A stretch of 64,000 nt of DNA from a virus (lineage: Duplodnaviria > Caudoviricetes). Positions 46,544-57,286 of this stretch are shown piece after piece (position 1 is the stretch's first letter; each line of letters begins with the position of its first letter). Under the pieces are notes generated by a model. The model was not told where the DNA came from. It worked only from the letters and a program-made list of their open reading frames with translations, and made no database searches. Where the stretch lies: IMG/VR virus record IMGVR_UViG_3300002515_000003, positions 131,572 to 195,571 of that record; one strand, given 5' to 3'. A program made the translations under genes and the position numbers.

Positions 46544-47947
46544 TTATATGTATATAAATGTGAAACCTTCGTATTGTTTTTGTTTACCTCTGCACATCAA
46601 TGATACACTAGACCTCTTAAATTTTATCCCATATTTTTCTTCGGAGTCATTGCAAAGTTTTTTTATACTAATAAATGAATCTAAATATACTTTATTTTTA
46701 AATACGCTTACTTTTTTACCATTTGTTATTTTAGCATCATATTCACACCAACCTAATTCATTCCCTTTTTTAAGATACTTTGTAACAGTAACCCTAGCTA
46801 GTTTCATTAAAATTGCAATATCTTTTGTACCCCATAAGGGATTTTCTTTTTTTTAATCACATACTACCTTAACTAAATTACTCAACGCAAATTCCTCAGC
46901 TTTATTCCAATTTATCTGACTTAAATCAAAAAGGTTATTTAAAATGCTATCTTGTATATTATTCTTTATGTATTTTTGTTCTGATTTTTCACAATCAATT
47001 CTTATCATTTCAAACCCATACCTATCAGCCATATCATCCTTATAATCATCTATCATTCTAATTTCTTCTTTTGTTTGTCCATTCATTTTATTATCTTTTG
47101 TATGGAATCCTCCATCTACTTCAATTATATAATCTATATTATCTTTTTTGAAATAGAAGTCATACTTACGAGGTTTTATCCAATCAGGAATATATTCTGT
47201 AGAAAATTCTATATCCAATTGCTCTAATATAGAAAATGTAAACTTTTCAGGATATGATTTCCCATCACCACATGAACAATTCATTGAATGAACCTTATAA
47301 ATTGCATTTAATGACATTAACTTGTTTTTTACTCTTCCACAATCAGGACAAATAGGGTAAATCTTCTTATCACTTGCTTTAGAATAAGTTTTTGCAATTT
47401 CTTCACCAACAATCGGTATCATCCAAGGTGTAGTATCCCATATTGTATTAAATCCTAATACAGTTTTTTGAGGAAAAGGACAACATACAGGACACCCACA
47501 TTTTTGTGTAATAAGTGAACTTTCAACCATCCAATCTTCATAATCACATTTATTACATTTATATTTATACCATTTTTCATTTTTATTATACTTACTTTTA
47601 CCACTCTTTGTTCTATATTCTCTATTCAATATAATTAAATCCCTTTTTTCATCTTTGAATATAGTTTCAACTTTAATTTTAAAATCTCCACTTCTTAACC
47701 CCAATACAGTTCTAATATTTCCATTAACAAAAACAACTGTGTTTATTTTAATAATTTTACCTTTAATATATTCAGTAGAAAGCATATGTGTTTTTGCGTT
47801 GTAATCTACAATTTCTATTTCTCCTTCCAATCCATCATAAATAAATTTAACCCTAATCCCGATACTATTCCTCCAATCAATTACTCCACTAGGTTGACCT
47901 TTTCCGAATCTCCATCTTGGCAAATCTTCTGTAAATACTTCCCTCAA
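46544..47947 (-). pseudogene. Zn-ribbon/PD-(D/E)XK (Vsr/DUF559-like) endonuclease with one in-frame stop codon
   Basis: SYPEKF, YDFYF, IIEVDGGFH, IRIDC; TAA at 46853-46855 is followed in frame by KKENPLWGTKDIAILMKLARVTV (HTH-like). Confidence 0.7.
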
Positions 47948-48031
47948 TATTAATAATGCTCCTTCTAAATTTTATTTTCTCGTTTGGCATGTTAATCTCT
48001 CTCCTTTTTGTTTTCAATTTTATATCATTTT

Positions 48032-48066
48032 AAGTATACTCAAACCAATAATATTTGAGTATACTT
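48032..48066. promoter_or_regulatory. perfect 13-bp inverted repeat (operator or terminator)
   Basis: AAGTATACTCAAA-N9-TTTGAGTATACTT, downstream of the peptide gene. Confidence 0.6.
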
Positions 48067-48120
48067 TTCATCATGTGTGTATTACGTCAATTCCTTGTTT
48101 ATCTTAGGTATGGTATGTAC

Positions 48121-48273
48121 CTATTTTGATACTGTAGAACTTATGAAACATGATGGACTTCTCATTGCAAGCAATTTTTGACCTGCTTGTTGTGAGGTAA
48201 ACACTATACCTGCAACCACCAATACAAGACACACCATTTTCAATACTTTTTTTAATACCATTTTCTTTTTCAT
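48121..48273 (-). CDS. putative secreted signalling pro-peptide (50 aa, not in ORF track)
   Basis: AAGGAAG RBS; MKKKMVLKKVLKMVCLVLVVAGIVFTSQQAGQKLLAMRSPSCFISSTVSK: basic N-region, hydrophobic core, short polar tail. Confidence 0.75.
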   Translation of the reverse strand: MKKKMVLKKVLKMVCLVLVVAGIVFTSQQAGQKLLAMRSPSCFISSTVSK

Positions 48274-48344
48274 TCTAAATCAACTTCCTTTTGATATATA
48301 TTTAAAATATCTGTTTTTAGGCAGATATCTCATTGCCATTTATA

Positions 48345-49319
48345 TCAAATACACAAGGCTTCTATTTCATCCTCCATTGCATTGATAATTTCTTCTTTAT
48401 ATTTAGCACAATTGTGAACCGTCATGTCAGTAACTACAACCGTTTTTGTTATATTACATATACTTTTCATACGATTCTTATTTAATTTCATAGATGCTAC
48501 AGAAAATATGCATTGTAATCTTAAAATTGTCTCATTTTCATTTTTGTAATGATGACTGAGGGAAGTATAAATTTTTGAAGCATCATTTATTTCTCCCATA
48601 GATTCATAGGTGTTGGCTAAATTCCACATAGAAATACTATAATTATGGCTAAACTTTTCAGGGTCTGAAATATGACTAAGAGCTTCTTGAATTTTAATCA
48701 GTGCTAATTCTTTATTTCCCAATCCTAAATTTGCAGTAGCTTGAATATATAAGCTATACCAAATAAATTCCAGTCTTTTTGCAATTTTAGACTTAGTAGA
48801 CAATTCATGCAGTTCTAGAGCAAGTGAAATCGCTTTTTTGTATTCTCTATTGTGGTCACATGCATATACTCTAGACCTTAAATTTTCTAATTTGACTTTA
48901 TCATTATCAACTTTAGTGTTATCTAAAAACAAGTTTTCTAAATCTAGAGCATTAAAATTATTACTTGAAAGGTCTAATTGTTTCTCTATAGCATTTTGTA
49001 TTTCTATTTGGTCTTTTATGTTTGTAATTTTATCTACAAAGGATAATACATCAGCTTTGTCGATTGTTAAAATCTGATTACACATCAGTTTCGAACTTTT
49101 GTCAAGATTATATGTTTCTTTTAAATCAATATGAGTATCTAAATACTTAACTAAATTTGAGGTCAAAGGTATAACGTTGACACTGCCACCTACACGAATG
49201 TTTGTTCTCCATTGAGAAATTATGACAGCTGGGTGTTTCCCATTAATGACACTTTTACAATTATTTTTAAAATCACAAATCCATATATCAAATCTATATA
49301 TATTCTTCTTCTTTGCCAT
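48345..49319 (-). CDS. PemK/MazF domain fused to a TPR-like domain
   Basis: N-terminal DIWICDF, GKHPAVIIS, VIPLTS, QILTIDK; C-terminal TPR helices (ATANLGLGNKELAL, WNLANTYESMGEINDASKIY). Confidence 0.8.
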   Translation of the reverse strand: MAKKKNIYRFDIWICDFKNNCKSVINGKHPAVIISQWRTNIRVGGSVNVIPLTSNLVKYLDTHIDLKETYNLDKSSKLMCNQILTIDKADVLSFVDKITNIKDQIEIQNAIEKQLDLSSNNFNALDLENLFLDNTKVDNDKVKLENLRSRVYACDHNREYKKAISLALELHELSTKSKIAKRLEFIWYSLYIQATANLGLGNKELALIKIQEALSHISDPEKFSHNYSISMWNLANTYESMGEINDASKIYTSLSHHYKNENETILRLQCIFSVASMKLNKNRMKSICNITKTVVVTDMTVHNCAKYKEEIINAMEDEIEALCI

Positions 49320-49440
49320 TTAGTAAACACCCCTTGTATATTCAGGCATCGCCCGATAATTTTTGTTTATAAGTTACTGCATTGCATGTAACTTTTTGAT
49401 TCTTATATATTTCTATATTCAACCATTCCATTTCATTCTA

Positions 49441-49911
49441 TTATACTAATTGCAAACTATAAACCAATAAATCTTTATCCATCATAGTTTCATTTTTAAT
49501 TATTGGCTCTTCGTCCTCATTTCCAAACCATATATTAAACATATACACAAATTCTTGTTTAAAGTCTTGTACTATTGTTGTTAAACAATATTCCCCTAAG
49601 TTACATTTTATAATGTCTAATCCTCTGTCGTTCACATCTTCCATTAAGCTTTCATATAATTTATTCTTTTCTTTTGATATTAAAATGTATTCCATTATTT
49701 CTCCAATATCTTCCACTGATTCTTGATTGTTAGTGTTATCTACCCACATTACCACTCCTTCCGTTGTTTGGATTAAAGATTTTATAGGTTCATTACCTTT
49801 GCATACTTCAAAATTTAAGTCTGCTACTGTAACCATCCTTCCTAATCCGTTCTCATTTATCTCATTGTTTTTATCAATGAATACATTTTTGTACATTAAT
49901 AATTCCCCCAT
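49441..49911 (-). CDS. hypothetical protein, paralog of 50331-50744
   Basis: MYKNVFIDK...ADL...CKGNE...EGVVMW...ESVEDIGEIMEYI. Confidence 0.6.
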   Translation of the reverse strand: MGELLMYKNVFIDKNNEINENGLGRMVTVADLNFEVCKGNEPIKSLIQTTEGVVMWVDNTNNQESVEDIGEIMEYILISKEKNKLYESLMEDVNDRGLDIIKCNLGEYCLTTIVQDFKQEFVYMFNIWFGNEDEEPIIKNETMMDKDLLVYSLQLV

Positions 49912-50078
49912 TCATTATTATTATAGAAAGTAAATTTTTTAAATTACTATTATAATAATGAATTTATTAGGAGGTATTCTTCCAATTTGTTTCCATAAAT
50001 TCCTCCTTGTTTTATTCAATTTTCAATTAACATTTGTGCTAATATGTTGTTTGTCTTGTTTCCTTATCTGTTAAATTA

Positions 50079-50126
50079 AGTATATCACCCCGTTTAATCT
50101 TTGTCAATTACTTTTTATATTATTAT
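50079..50126 (-). promoter_or_regulatory. sigma-A promoter with ATAATAATATAAAA motif
   Basis: TTGACA 50107-50102, 17 bp spacer, TG-n-TATACT; motif at 50113-50126. Confidence 0.75.
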
Positions 50127-50280
50127 TAACTTATTTTGAAACTAATTTTTTCTTGCGTTATTACAACTTGTTTTACCACAATATGAGTATATCTTAAAAT
50201 AATATAAAACGCAATACCATTTTAAGAAATATTTTCATTTTATTTTAACAAACTATTCCAAATACATTTTTAATATAAAA

Positions 50281-50320
50281 ATAGATAGAATTTAGGTTTT
50301 GCCCTAAACCCTGTCTGTAT
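50281..50320 (-). terminator. intrinsic terminator
   Basis: Imperfect hairpin followed by a T tract on the minus strand, after 50331. Confidence 0.55.
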
Positions 50321-50330
50321 GATATTGCTA

Positions 50331-50744
50331 TTATATTGCAATTAATTTACCAAACCTATAAAAATATATAATTAGATGTAATATTACAACTCCTAATATA
50401 TATGAAGCCATAAATAAGTGCTTTCTTATTATTTCCCTAATTTTTATTATATTTCTTTTATTTTCTTTTTTAACAACAATATTTTCTATCTCTATTGGAA
50501 TAGATATCTCAGACATTATATCACTTATTTTTATATACTCACAGATTTCACCGACCTCTTGAATGCTTTCCTCATCGCTGAAATTACACATCCATACAAA
50601 TATTCCATCAGATAATTCAAGCACTCCCAAAACCTCTTCTCCACCTTCGCATAAACTTTCTCTTAAATCTGCACTACTTGCTAATAAATCACAACCTTTC
50701 AATACTAAATCCCCATCTTTATTAATAAAAACTTTTTTATACAT
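50331..50744 (-). CDS. hypothetical protein with C-terminal TM
   Basis: MYKKVFINK...ADL...CEGGE...DGIFVW...ESIQEVGEICEYI. Confidence 0.6.
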   Translation of the reverse strand: MYKKVFINKDGDLVLKGCDLLASSADLRESLCEGGEEVLGVLELSDGIFVWMCNFSDEESIQEVGEICEYIKISDIMSEISIPIEIENIVVKKENKRNIIKIREIIRKHLFMASYILGVVILHLIIYFYRFGKLIAI

Positions 50745-50888
50745 TAATGTTTCCCCCTTTTATATGTTAACTAATCTTAAATGTTATTTCCCCAATAATT
50801 TACAATAACTTTAGTTTCATATATATTCTTCCTTAGTGTAAAATTTTTTCACTAATCATTCCCCCTTTTATTATTTATTAATAGCATA

Positions 50889-50900
50889 GAACAGATGTTC
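50889..50900. promoter_or_regulatory. LexA (SOS/Cheo) box
   Basis: GAAC-AGAT-GTTC just downstream of a minus-strand TTGCTT-17-TATAAT promoter. Confidence 0.7.
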
Positions 50901-51182
50901 GTATTGTTATTATAATACTTATGAAGGAATAAAGCAAATTTATTTTATATAAATCATTATATATTATTGCTATAAGAATTTATTTATAAGTTTGATTTAC
51001 ACACTAATTATACCACTAATCTCAGATAAAATTTAAGCACCACTACTGCTATTTCCCCTATATTTCTGATATTTTGTGAAATTATGGTCAAAAATTGTCA
51101 AATATTACACTTGTCTGTCTATATATAATTTAGTAGAATTAAATTATATATAATAAAAATATACACATAAAGGAGCAAAGAT

Positions 51183-51473
51183 ATGTTTATAAGTAGGATA
51201 AAAGAACTTAGATTAAAAAAAGGAATTTCTCAATATGAACTTGGAATATTATCCAAAATTAGTCAAACTCAAATTTCAAATATCGAGAGGAATAATACTT
51301 CAACCACCCTCTCGACATTAGAAAAACTTAGTGTGGCGTTAGATGTATGCGTTTACGAAACTTTTTATTTTAAATGTAATAAACACCGTATTTGTAATAA
51401 TAATTCCAAAATAGGATTAAATTGTTATATGAATATAGAATATGAGAAGGATAATGGAAAGAATAAAATTTAG
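51183..51473 (+). CDS. XRE-family HTH regulator
   Basis: IKELRLKKGISQYELG...ISNIERN...TLEKLSVAL; AAGGAG RBS; hairpin terminator at about 51478-51508; the only convincing plus-strand gene. Confidence 0.9.
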   Translation: MFISRIKELRLKKGISQYELGILSKISQTQISNIERNNTSTTLSTLEKLSVALDVCVYETFYFKCNKHRICNNNSKIGLNCYMNIEYEKDNGKNKI

Positions 51474-51936
51474 TTTAAAAGTGCATGGATTAATTTCTAT
51501 GTACTTTACTTATTTTATAAAACTCATTGTAATCAATTCTAAGCATATGTAATTTTTGTACATGCAATCACACAGTCAATATTAAACAAACCCATCACAG
51601 TTAATCCTATGGCTATATAAAATAAGAATAATGGAATATTTTATAGTAAAAATAAATAAAAAAAGACTTAACATATGAGATGCTAAATCTCTTAAATTAA
51701 TTATTAATTCCTATTGAAATAATTCTAACAGTATTTTTGCATCTGTGATATTTTCCTTAAATTCTCTGCATAATTTATTATCTTCAGTTCCTTCGCACAA
51801 ACTAATTTTATATTTATTTTCTGACATATCTTCTTCTAAAATATGTATGAAATATTTCTTTTGTCTTTTACTTAATTCCATTTATTATAATCTCCTCTCC
51901 TTTTCAATTCCTCGCAATTATGTATTATTTCAAACA

Positions 51937-54900
51937 TTAATAATCACTCCTTAAAATTATTTGTATATTACTTTTTTCACATGGTTCAATAATTTCAATT
52001 CCACATTTAATTAAATTATCCTCAAATTCCTCATCTGTAATATTTTTGAAATGTTCCTCAATTTTTTTAAGTCTAGCTTCACTTTTAACATCCTCTATGC
52101 TATTACTAACCAACATTGCTACAGGAGCTATATCAAAGTTCCATTTAGAAATTAATTCACAATTAGAGCATTTAAAAGTTACGAATTCCTCATTAGAAAC
52201 AAAACTTTCACTACTTACTAATTCATTTTTACAATGAGGACAATAACAGAAAGTAGTTTGCTTATTTATTTTACTTTTTGACTTAACTTTCTTTAATAAA
52301 TTCATATTTAACACTCCTTTATATTATAAAATCAATATAGAATCCAACAAAATTACCACGCAAGCTTACTCTTGTACCTTTTGGCAATTCCTTATGTTTT
52401 TTAATGTGTCTTATAGCTTGTTTAAGATTGTTAATATTCATATTACTAGAACTAAATCCTCTATCACCTATTTCTTCTAATGTACACCATTTATCTAATT
52501 CATCACACCACCAACAATTATCTAAGCAACCCATTATAGTTAATCCGCCAAATATAGGAATTCTATGCTTTCTTCCTTTTACTTTATAAGAACCTTTCAT
52601 TGTTCTATTTCCTTTTGATTTACTGAATTGTATTTTCATAATCAATCTCCTTATTTATATTATTCTATTTAAAATAATGTGTTTATTGGGTTATTTTATC
52701 AAGTTATCTATTTTCACAGTATTTTTGTATTATGAAGCAACCATTCTCATAAAACATTTTTCTAAACTTTCTTTTGCTATTTCAATCCAAGCCGATTCAT
52801 CATTTTCAAGTCTTATTTCTCCACCAAGAAATCTATAATCTTCATCTTTTGGGATATGCCAAAGAGAATCTTTTTCTATATCTTCATATTCTCCCTCTAT
52901 GGTAAATCCATTATCATCACATTTTTCTAATGAAAATCCTTTAATACATTTATACATTGCAAATCCTCCTTTATAATTAAAATTAGTTTTTAACCCACTC
53001 TTTATCTTCCCACTTATACCACATATAACCACTACCATAAACAGTTTCATATTTCTGTGTATATGTAGCTTTTTCTAGCCATCTAACTTCTCCATTTATA
53101 TTTTTGGGAAATAATAGAAATTTACATTTAGTTCTCATATCACCAATTTCTAATTCCTTTTTAGCTTTCCATTTCATTCTGATTCACTTCCTTCCAATTC
53201 TCTCATCATTTTATCCAAATCTAATTTTACCATATTTTCAGGATGCTCCTTCATTTCTTTTATACTATTCATTAATTTATCTTTTTCACTTGCTAAGTCT
53301 TCTTGTGAGTATCCATTATAGGTTAGTTCCCAAATTATTCCTGCTAATATAGTAATCTCACTTAATTTATTAAAACAACTTTCTTCTATTTCTTGTGCTA
53401 ACCAATCTTCCCAATCATTAAATTCAATTGCCCATCTTATCATTTCACCGTCTTCATTTAATCCTATTCCATCACATGATAGATAAATTTCTTCATTATC
53501 TTTATCATAGTCATCTTTAAAAAATTCTACCACTATTTTAATATCTTGAATTTCTGTACTTGGTTTTAATACTCTTAATTCTTGTAATGCAGATATGTAT
53601 GCTTCTTCATTTATGTCATCAAAATTTACTTTTAGTCCTTCTATTATTTCTGTATTAGAATATTTTGTTAATAATTCATGAAATTTCATTTATATTATTC
53701 CTCCTTTAATACATCCATGATATTTTCATTTAACTCAACCATAAGTGGTTTAACTTTTAAAAATTCCTTCTTTAACATATTTGAAAAAGCTGTTTCTGCT
53801 GACATATTTTTATTAAGCATTTTTAATTGTTCAGCATTAAAATTAGGAAATGTTTCTTTTGTATATTCGCTCAATACTTTATTTGTACTATTTCTATTTA
53901 CAAAATAAACTACATTATTTCTAACTGCCACAAACATAAATTGTAATAAGCTTGAATTATTATTTACAAATTGAACACACTTTTCTAATTCTTTATTATA
54001 TTTTAAATAATCATAAAATCTACTTATGGCATTTTGTAAATCTTCTACATAATATATTTTATCAAATTCAATTGACATTCTCTCATAATTTGCACTTACA
54101 AATAATTTATCCATTATTAATCTTCCTCCTTTTTAAACTTCTTTATCTTTATGACTTCTAAAATAATGATTCTCAATTGAATTTCTATTAATTTCCCCTG
54201 CTATGTCACCTAATAATTTCATCATGTCATTTACTTTTACTTGAAGCTTATTATTTTTATTATCTTCGTCATTAGAAATTATTTCTATACCTCTACCACT
54301 TATATTTATTATATCTTCAAAAATTTCTGTAATTAATTTATAATCCATTATTTACTCCACTCCTTTTACTTCTATATTACTCTCAACTACTACTTTAATT
54401 GATTCTATATTCAATAATTTGCATAGTAAATATGTTATGTATCCATCTTGTAATATATTCGCTTTATCAATTATAATGTCCTTATCGAACTTTTTATTAA
54501 GTATATAATAATCTAATTTGACTTGAATTTTACTTGGAGTAGAATGAGATTCTTTAAAACAATCTTGAATTATTATATCCTCTATTTTAATAAATTTCTT
54601 TTCTTTATTTAATTCATCACATCTAATTTGTGCCTCTTCTTTTGTTGAGAATAGACTACCTTCAGCTCTATTCAAAGGAGTGAATACTCCACAAGAACCT
54701 TTATATTTTACTGTTATACCTTCGTTACTATTAATGCTAATCTTAGTTGATGAAATAGTAAATAACTCATCACAAACGATATTAGTAAGTTTTTTAGATA
54801 TAAATTTTCCTGTTCCCATACATTCAGGACATTTCATATCTTTATTATTATATTTAATTGTCTTTTTACCCTCACATATAGGGCAAGGTATATCTATTCT

Positions 54901-55994
54901 CACTTGCTTAGTTGTATAGATTATATCTCCATGTCGAAATTTTACTGGTATTTCTAATTTTCTCATAATTAATCTCCTTCAGCTATTTGATAGCTACCCA
55001 TATATTATTTTACATTAAACTTTTCTTTACCTTCTCATACATCCTCATTTCTTTTTGTATCCTTTTAAGTTCCTTATTATTTTCTTTTATTCTATAATCC
55101 ACTAAATATATTTTTGTTGCTTCAATATCTTTTTCATATGATTGTTTAACAATTCCTACACATTTATATTCACAATCAGTCCCACTTATAAATCTACTCA
55201 TAATATCATTGTTATACATCATTTGACTATCAGATTTTGTTACTTCAAGTTCACCATTGTCTTGTAAAAATACATCAAAAATTACTTTATTCATTATTAA
55301 CAACTCCTTTTTTAATTCAAGCTCCATTTTATTAAACTATCTCTATCTTTTAATTTCCTTTCATATTCACATATAGTACATAATGTAATATAATCATAGT
55401 CAGGAGTCATCATTTTTAAAGATTTATGAGAATGTATTTTACGATATCCTATAAATATTTTCTTTAGTATGTAACAACTAAGATGATTTTTGGATTCTGT
55501 TATACCTATCGTATATTTTGTGCCGTCTGTATATGATATTTCTTTAATGAACATTTTTAACGTCTCCTTTTTGTATCTAATATCATTATATCATAATTTG
55601 AATAAATTACAATACATATTTTATATTTTTATAGTCTTATTATTTATATTTTCTATATACAGTTTTCGTAAGAATCCATATCCACATATCATCTAATTTC
55701 ATTCCAACTCTTAACCTTAATTTTTGATGCCATTTTAAATCCTTTAGACAAATATTTATAAGTTCATTCATAAAATCACTATGAGGTCTTAATAATTTCT
55801 TATTCATAATTTCACTTCCTTTCTAAATAATCCATACATTGTTTACAAACACATCTATCTTTTCGTCTACTATATAATAAATCTATATTCTCTATCTCTT
55901 TAAATTTTCTATTACAGACAGAACATCTATATATTATTGGTTTGAGAGGGATTTTTACTTTTCTTTTAAATATTGCGAACATTATTATAATCAC
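51937..55994 (-). CDS. array of small hypothetical genes; 54352-54966 has a Zn finger plus a ParB-like C-terminus
   Basis: Packed ORFs with RBSs; CPICEG/CPECMG and ILQDGYITYL in 54352-54966. Confidence 0.55.
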
Positions 55995-56377
55995 TCCCTT
56001 TCATTCACTTATTTCTAATGAATTTTCACATCCACATTTTGTACAAATATATAATAATGTTTTATCAGTCATTTCTTTAATAAACTTTTGTATTCTATAT
56101 CCATCACAATCTGTGCAATAAAAGTCTTCTAGTTCATTGATTTGAATTTTTTTATTATTCATTAATATCACATCCTTTTCATTATAAATCCCATTTACTT
56201 ATTCATCTTTAAATAATTTAAGTCCTTTTATTCTAGAATTGATTGCTTTTAACTGCATACGTTTTGCTACTTTTCTTTTTGGATTAAGATTATTAGGAAG
56301 TTCCATCCTTTTTAAAATATAATTTCTTTCCTCATTTAACTGTTTCAATAATTCATTATACTTTGTATTATCCATTT

Positions 56378-56869
56378 TTAATTACTTCCTTTTTTAGTTT
56401 TATACTCTAATTCAGGTGTCAATCTACCATATTTTTTCATTTGAGCTGAATGTCTCGCACAATAACCACGAATATCTCCTTTAGACGTACATCCTTCTGA
56501 TTTACATTCAATACCATTATGCTCTAATTCAGGAGTTAGTCTTCCATGTACTTTTATCTGCCTAGAATGTTTTTTACAATATCCATTAGCCTCATGTTTA
56601 TTGTCACAATCTTTTACTAAACATCCTATATATTTATGTTCTAATTCTGGTGCAAGTCTACCTCGTCTAACTATTTGAGAATAATGTTTAGAACAATATC
56701 CTTTTTTATTACCTTTTAATGTACATCCTTCTGCCAAACACTCGTTAGGTTCGGAATATTCAAGTTCAGGAGTTAATCTTCCATGTCTTGCTGTTTGTTG
56801 ATAGTGCTTTTGGCAATATCCTTTGGCATAGTGTTTATTGTTACATCCTTCTATGGAACATTTTTTCAT
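56378..56869 (-). CDS. protein made of four Cys/His Zn-binding repeats
   Basis: Four copies of CxxxGC...GYCxxH...GRLTPELE. Confidence 0.75.
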   Translation of the reverse strand: MKKCSIEGCNNKHYAKGYCQKHYQQTARHGRLTPELEYSEPNECLAEGCTLKGNKKGYCSKHYSQIVRRGRLAPELEHKYIGCLVKDCDNKHEANGYCKKHSRQIKVHGRLTPELEHNGIECKSEGCTSKGDIRGYCARHSAQMKKYGRLTPELEYKTKKGSN

Positions 56870-57286
56870 ACTATATAACTCCTTTTCTTATTAAATTATT
56901 TTTACAATTTTATTTTACCACATTAATACATAAAAAGTCAACTATTTTTTATATTTTTATAATCTTATTTTTAAAACCAATTAAAACAGTAAATTCAATA
57001 AAATAAGACCTAATATACTTCTATATTAAATCTATATAATATCTCCTACTTTTATTTGATCTTTAATTTTTTCGGTATATTGATTAAAATCTAATGTTCT
57101 ATCATGTATCTTGTTTAACTTATCATTTAAAGTTTTCTTATCTCCATATTCTCTATTACTAAATGTGTATTCAATTATCATATCATCTTGCATACATATT
57201 GCAGTTAACATAGTGACACCATCGCTACTTTTTTCTGATTCTAATTTAGTTATTCTAAAATACAAATCTCCTAACATATTAACCCC

